Assembly (NCBI GenBank): GCA_944320785.1
Contig: CALUIR010000006.1
Location: 6,192 to 70,191, forward strand
Direction of reading: 5' to 3'
Length of the DNA stretch: 64,000 nt
From: an uncultured Bacteroidaceae bacterium
GTDB taxonomy: Bacteria; Bacteroidota; Bacteroidia; Bacteroidales; Bacteroidaceae
Within the stretch, counting starts at the first letter, position 1; every line of letters begins with the position of its first letter. Below are positions 62,115-64,000 of this stretch, piece by piece. Below the pieces are notes generated by a model that was not told the origin of the DNA, did not search any database, and saw only the letters and a program-made list of their open reading frames with translations. A program made the position numbers and the translations under genes.

Positions 62115-63976
62115 TCTTCTATCTCACTTAGTTCAATCCATCTTGTGGATTTTTCATCAATCAGTTTCTCGATTTCTGCAATACGGATGGATTGGGCCGT
62201 CAGTTCCTCTACGGGAAGCGTGCCGGAACAAAGCGCTGTTTCCAGTTCTTTCCTCTCTGCCTCTAATGCTTCTATTTCTTCTTCCACTTGTTGCAATTCA
62301 AGGCGTTCCTTGTAGGTCCGTTTCCGCTTGCCATTGTCCCGGGCCAGTGGCGTAGCGTTGGTTTTTGGCTTTTCAGCCTGTTTCTGTTGTTTTTCTTGGG
62401 ATTCTTTCCATGTGCGGTAGTCGGAGTAATTGCCGGGGAAATCCTGGATATCGCCTTGTCCCTTGAATACAAGGATGTGGTCCACGACCTTGTCCATGAA
62501 AAAGCGGTCGTGCGATACAACGATGACGCATCCTTTGAAATGAATCAGGTAATCTTCCAAGATATTGAGTGTGGCAATGTCCAAATCATTGGTCGGTTCG
62601 TCCAATACAAGAAAATTCGGATTGCCCATCAAGACCGTGCAGAGGTAAAGCCTCCGGCGTTCGCCGCCACTTAGTTTGCAGACATAGTTGTGCTGCTTTT
62701 CCGGCGTGAACAGGAAATGTTGCAGGAACTGTGAGGCAGTGAGCCGTTTGCCATTGCCTGAATCAATGACTTCGGCAATGTTCCGCACCACATCGATGAC
62801 TTTGGTGTTTTCATTGAATTGAAGCCCGTTTTGTGAATAATAGCCGAAACGTACTGTTTCGCCGATGTCAAGCGTGCCTTTGTCCGGCTTGATTTCGCCG
62901 GTCAGTATTTTGATGAAGGTGGACTTCCCGGTTCCATTATCGCCGATGATGCCCATTTTTTCGTATCTGGAAAAGATGTAGGAGAAATCCTTCAGAATCG
63001 TGGTGTCGCCAAAACTTTTGCAGAGATGGGCCGCTTCAAAGATTTTGTTGCCTATGTAGGATGACTTTACCTCTAATGTGATGTTTTGTTGAGCGGTTTG
63101 CTGTTTGGCTGTTTTTTCCAGCTCGTAGAACGCTTCTTCGCGGTAACGCGCCTTGTGCCCCCTTGCCTGTGGCATGCGGCGCATCCATTCTAATTCTGTG
63201 CGGTACAGATTGTTGGCACGGGCTATTTCCGCATTGGTGGCCTGGATGCGTTCTTCTCTTTTCTCAAGATAATAGGCATAGTTTCCTTTGTAGGCATACA
63301 GTTGCCGGTTGTCGATTTCAATGATTTCGGAACATACGCGGTCAAGGAAATAACGGTCGTGTGTCACCATCAGCAGGCTGGCATGGCTGCGCTTGAGGTA
63401 GCCCTCCAACCATTCAGTCATGTCCAAGTCGAGGTGGTTGGTCGGTTCGTCAAGGATGAGCAGTTCCGGCTCCATGATGAGGATGTTGGCCAAAGCCACA
63501 CGTTTGAGTTGTCCGCCGGAGAGATGCCCGACTTTTTGATTGAAGTCGTTGATTTTTAATTTGGAAAGGATTTGTTTGATTTTTGTTTCATATTCCCAGG
63601 CTTTCTCATGTTCCATCCGTGAAAGCAGTTTTTCCATTCCGGGCTGTCCTTCGGTGTGGAGGCATTGTTCATACTCTTGGATTAACCGGGCTGTGCTGTT
63701 TGAGGATTGGAAACAAGCTTCCAACACGGTCAGGCCGTCAGGATATTGCGGGTTTTGCTCTAAATATCCGATACGCAGATCGCGGCGGAAGCTGATAATT
63801 CCTTCATCGTAGCCTTCTTTCCCGGCGATGATGTTGAGCAAAGTTGTTTTTCCTTTCCCGTTTTGTGCAATCAGCCCCACTTTCTCTTTTTCGTCTATGC
63901 CGAAAGAGATGTGCTGAAAAAGCACTGAGTCGCCGAATGATTTGGTGAGGTTTTCTACTTGAAGATGACAAGCCAT
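62111..63976 (-). CDS. ABC-F family ATPase (two fused ABC domains, no TM domain)
   Basis: Two Walker A motifs (GQNGKGKTT, GDNGTGKST). Two signature motifs (LSGGQLKRV, LSGGERRRL). Charged coiled-coil C-terminus. Its stop codon overlaps the downstream PHP gene start. Confidence 0.9.
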   Translation of the reverse strand: MACHLQVENLTKSFGDSVLFQHISFGIDEKEKVGLIAQNGKGKTTLLNIIAGKEGYDEGIISFRRDLRIGYLEQNPQYPDGLTVLEACFQSSNSTARLIQEYEQCLHTEGQPGMEKLLSRMEHEKAWEYETKIKQILSKLKINDFNQKVGHLSGGQLKRVALANILIMEPELLILDEPTNHLDLDMTEWLEGYLKRSHASLLMVTHDRYFLDRVCSEIIEIDNRQLYAYKGNYAYYLEKREERIQATNAEIARANNLYRTELEWMRRMPQARGHKARYREEAFYELEKTAKQQTAQQNITLEVKSSYIGNKIFEAAHLCKSFGDTTILKDFSYIFSRYEKMGIIGDNGTGKSTFIKILTGEIKPDKGTLDIGETVRFGYYSQNGLQFNENTKVIDVVRNIAEVIDSGNGKRLTASQFLQHFLFTPEKQHNYVCKLSGGERRRLYLCTVLMGNPNFLVLDEPTNDLDIATLNILEDYLIHFKGCVIVVSHDRFFMDKVVDHILVFKGQGDIQDFPGNYSDYRTWKESQEKQQKQAEKPKTNATPLARDNGKRKRTYKERLELQQVEEEIEALEAERKELETALCSGTLPVEELTAQSIRIAEIEKLIDEKSTRWIELSEIEE

Positions 63977-64000
63977 TATTTCTTGTTGTTTAATTGCAAA

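Overview
The window looks like a chromosomal segment of a Bacteroidota (Bacteroidales-like) genome. Evidence for this: a SusC/SusD pair, several type IX secretion (T9SS) C-terminal sorting domains, TAnnTTTG-type -7 promoter boxes, and an RprX/RprY-like two-component pair. No rRNA, tRNA, CRISPR array, integrase or transposase was recognised by eye.

There are three blocks.

(1) 1-16.7 kb is housekeeping. It holds the 3' part of an EF-G paralog, a histidine kinase plus OmpR-type regulator, MarR, the rpsF-rpsR-rplI operon, a DEAD-box helicase, a Gfo/Idh/MocA oxidoreductase, a large putative porin, and a five- or six-gene 2-oxoacid:ferredoxin oxidoreductase operon.

(2) 16.9-49.1 kb is a single-strand, AT-richer polysaccharide utilization locus (PUL) of about 32 kb. 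It encodes GH78, GH130, GH26, SusC, SusD, an SGNH esterase, GH28, a CE7 esterase, a GPH symporter, a cellobiose/mannobiose 2-epimerase-like protein, GH2, a GH105/GH88-type hydrolase and a PL8 lyase. Its unusual features:
- Five proteins carry T9SS sorting tails.
- A GLUG-like beta-solenoid module of about 330 aa is present in five copies: once alone, once as a tandem pair, and fused to GH28 and to GH105.
- Two copies in adjacent genes share a 150-nt perfectly identical run.

(3) 49.2-58.9 kb holds an AraC regulator and a 650-bp intergenic region with two separate arrays of phased palindromic repeats, followed by what I consider the most interesting system in the window, a compact RiPP-type cluster:
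- a signal-peptide/TPR-like/transmembrane/LuxR-HTH regulator;
- four phased TGCTACGC repeats;
- an 80-aa double-glycine-leader precursor with a six-Cys acidic core;
- an intercistronic hairpin;
- a radical SAM/SPASM maturase;
- an outer-membrane beta-barrel with a CarboxypepD_reg-like head;
- a C39-peptidase ABC exporter;
- a 49-aa remnant of the HlyD-type adaptor.

The window ends with a T9SS-tagged M6 metalloprotease, a DUF4494-like protein, a PHP histidinol phosphatase and an ABC-F ATPase.

All family assignments come from motif recognition in the supplied translations. No database search was run.
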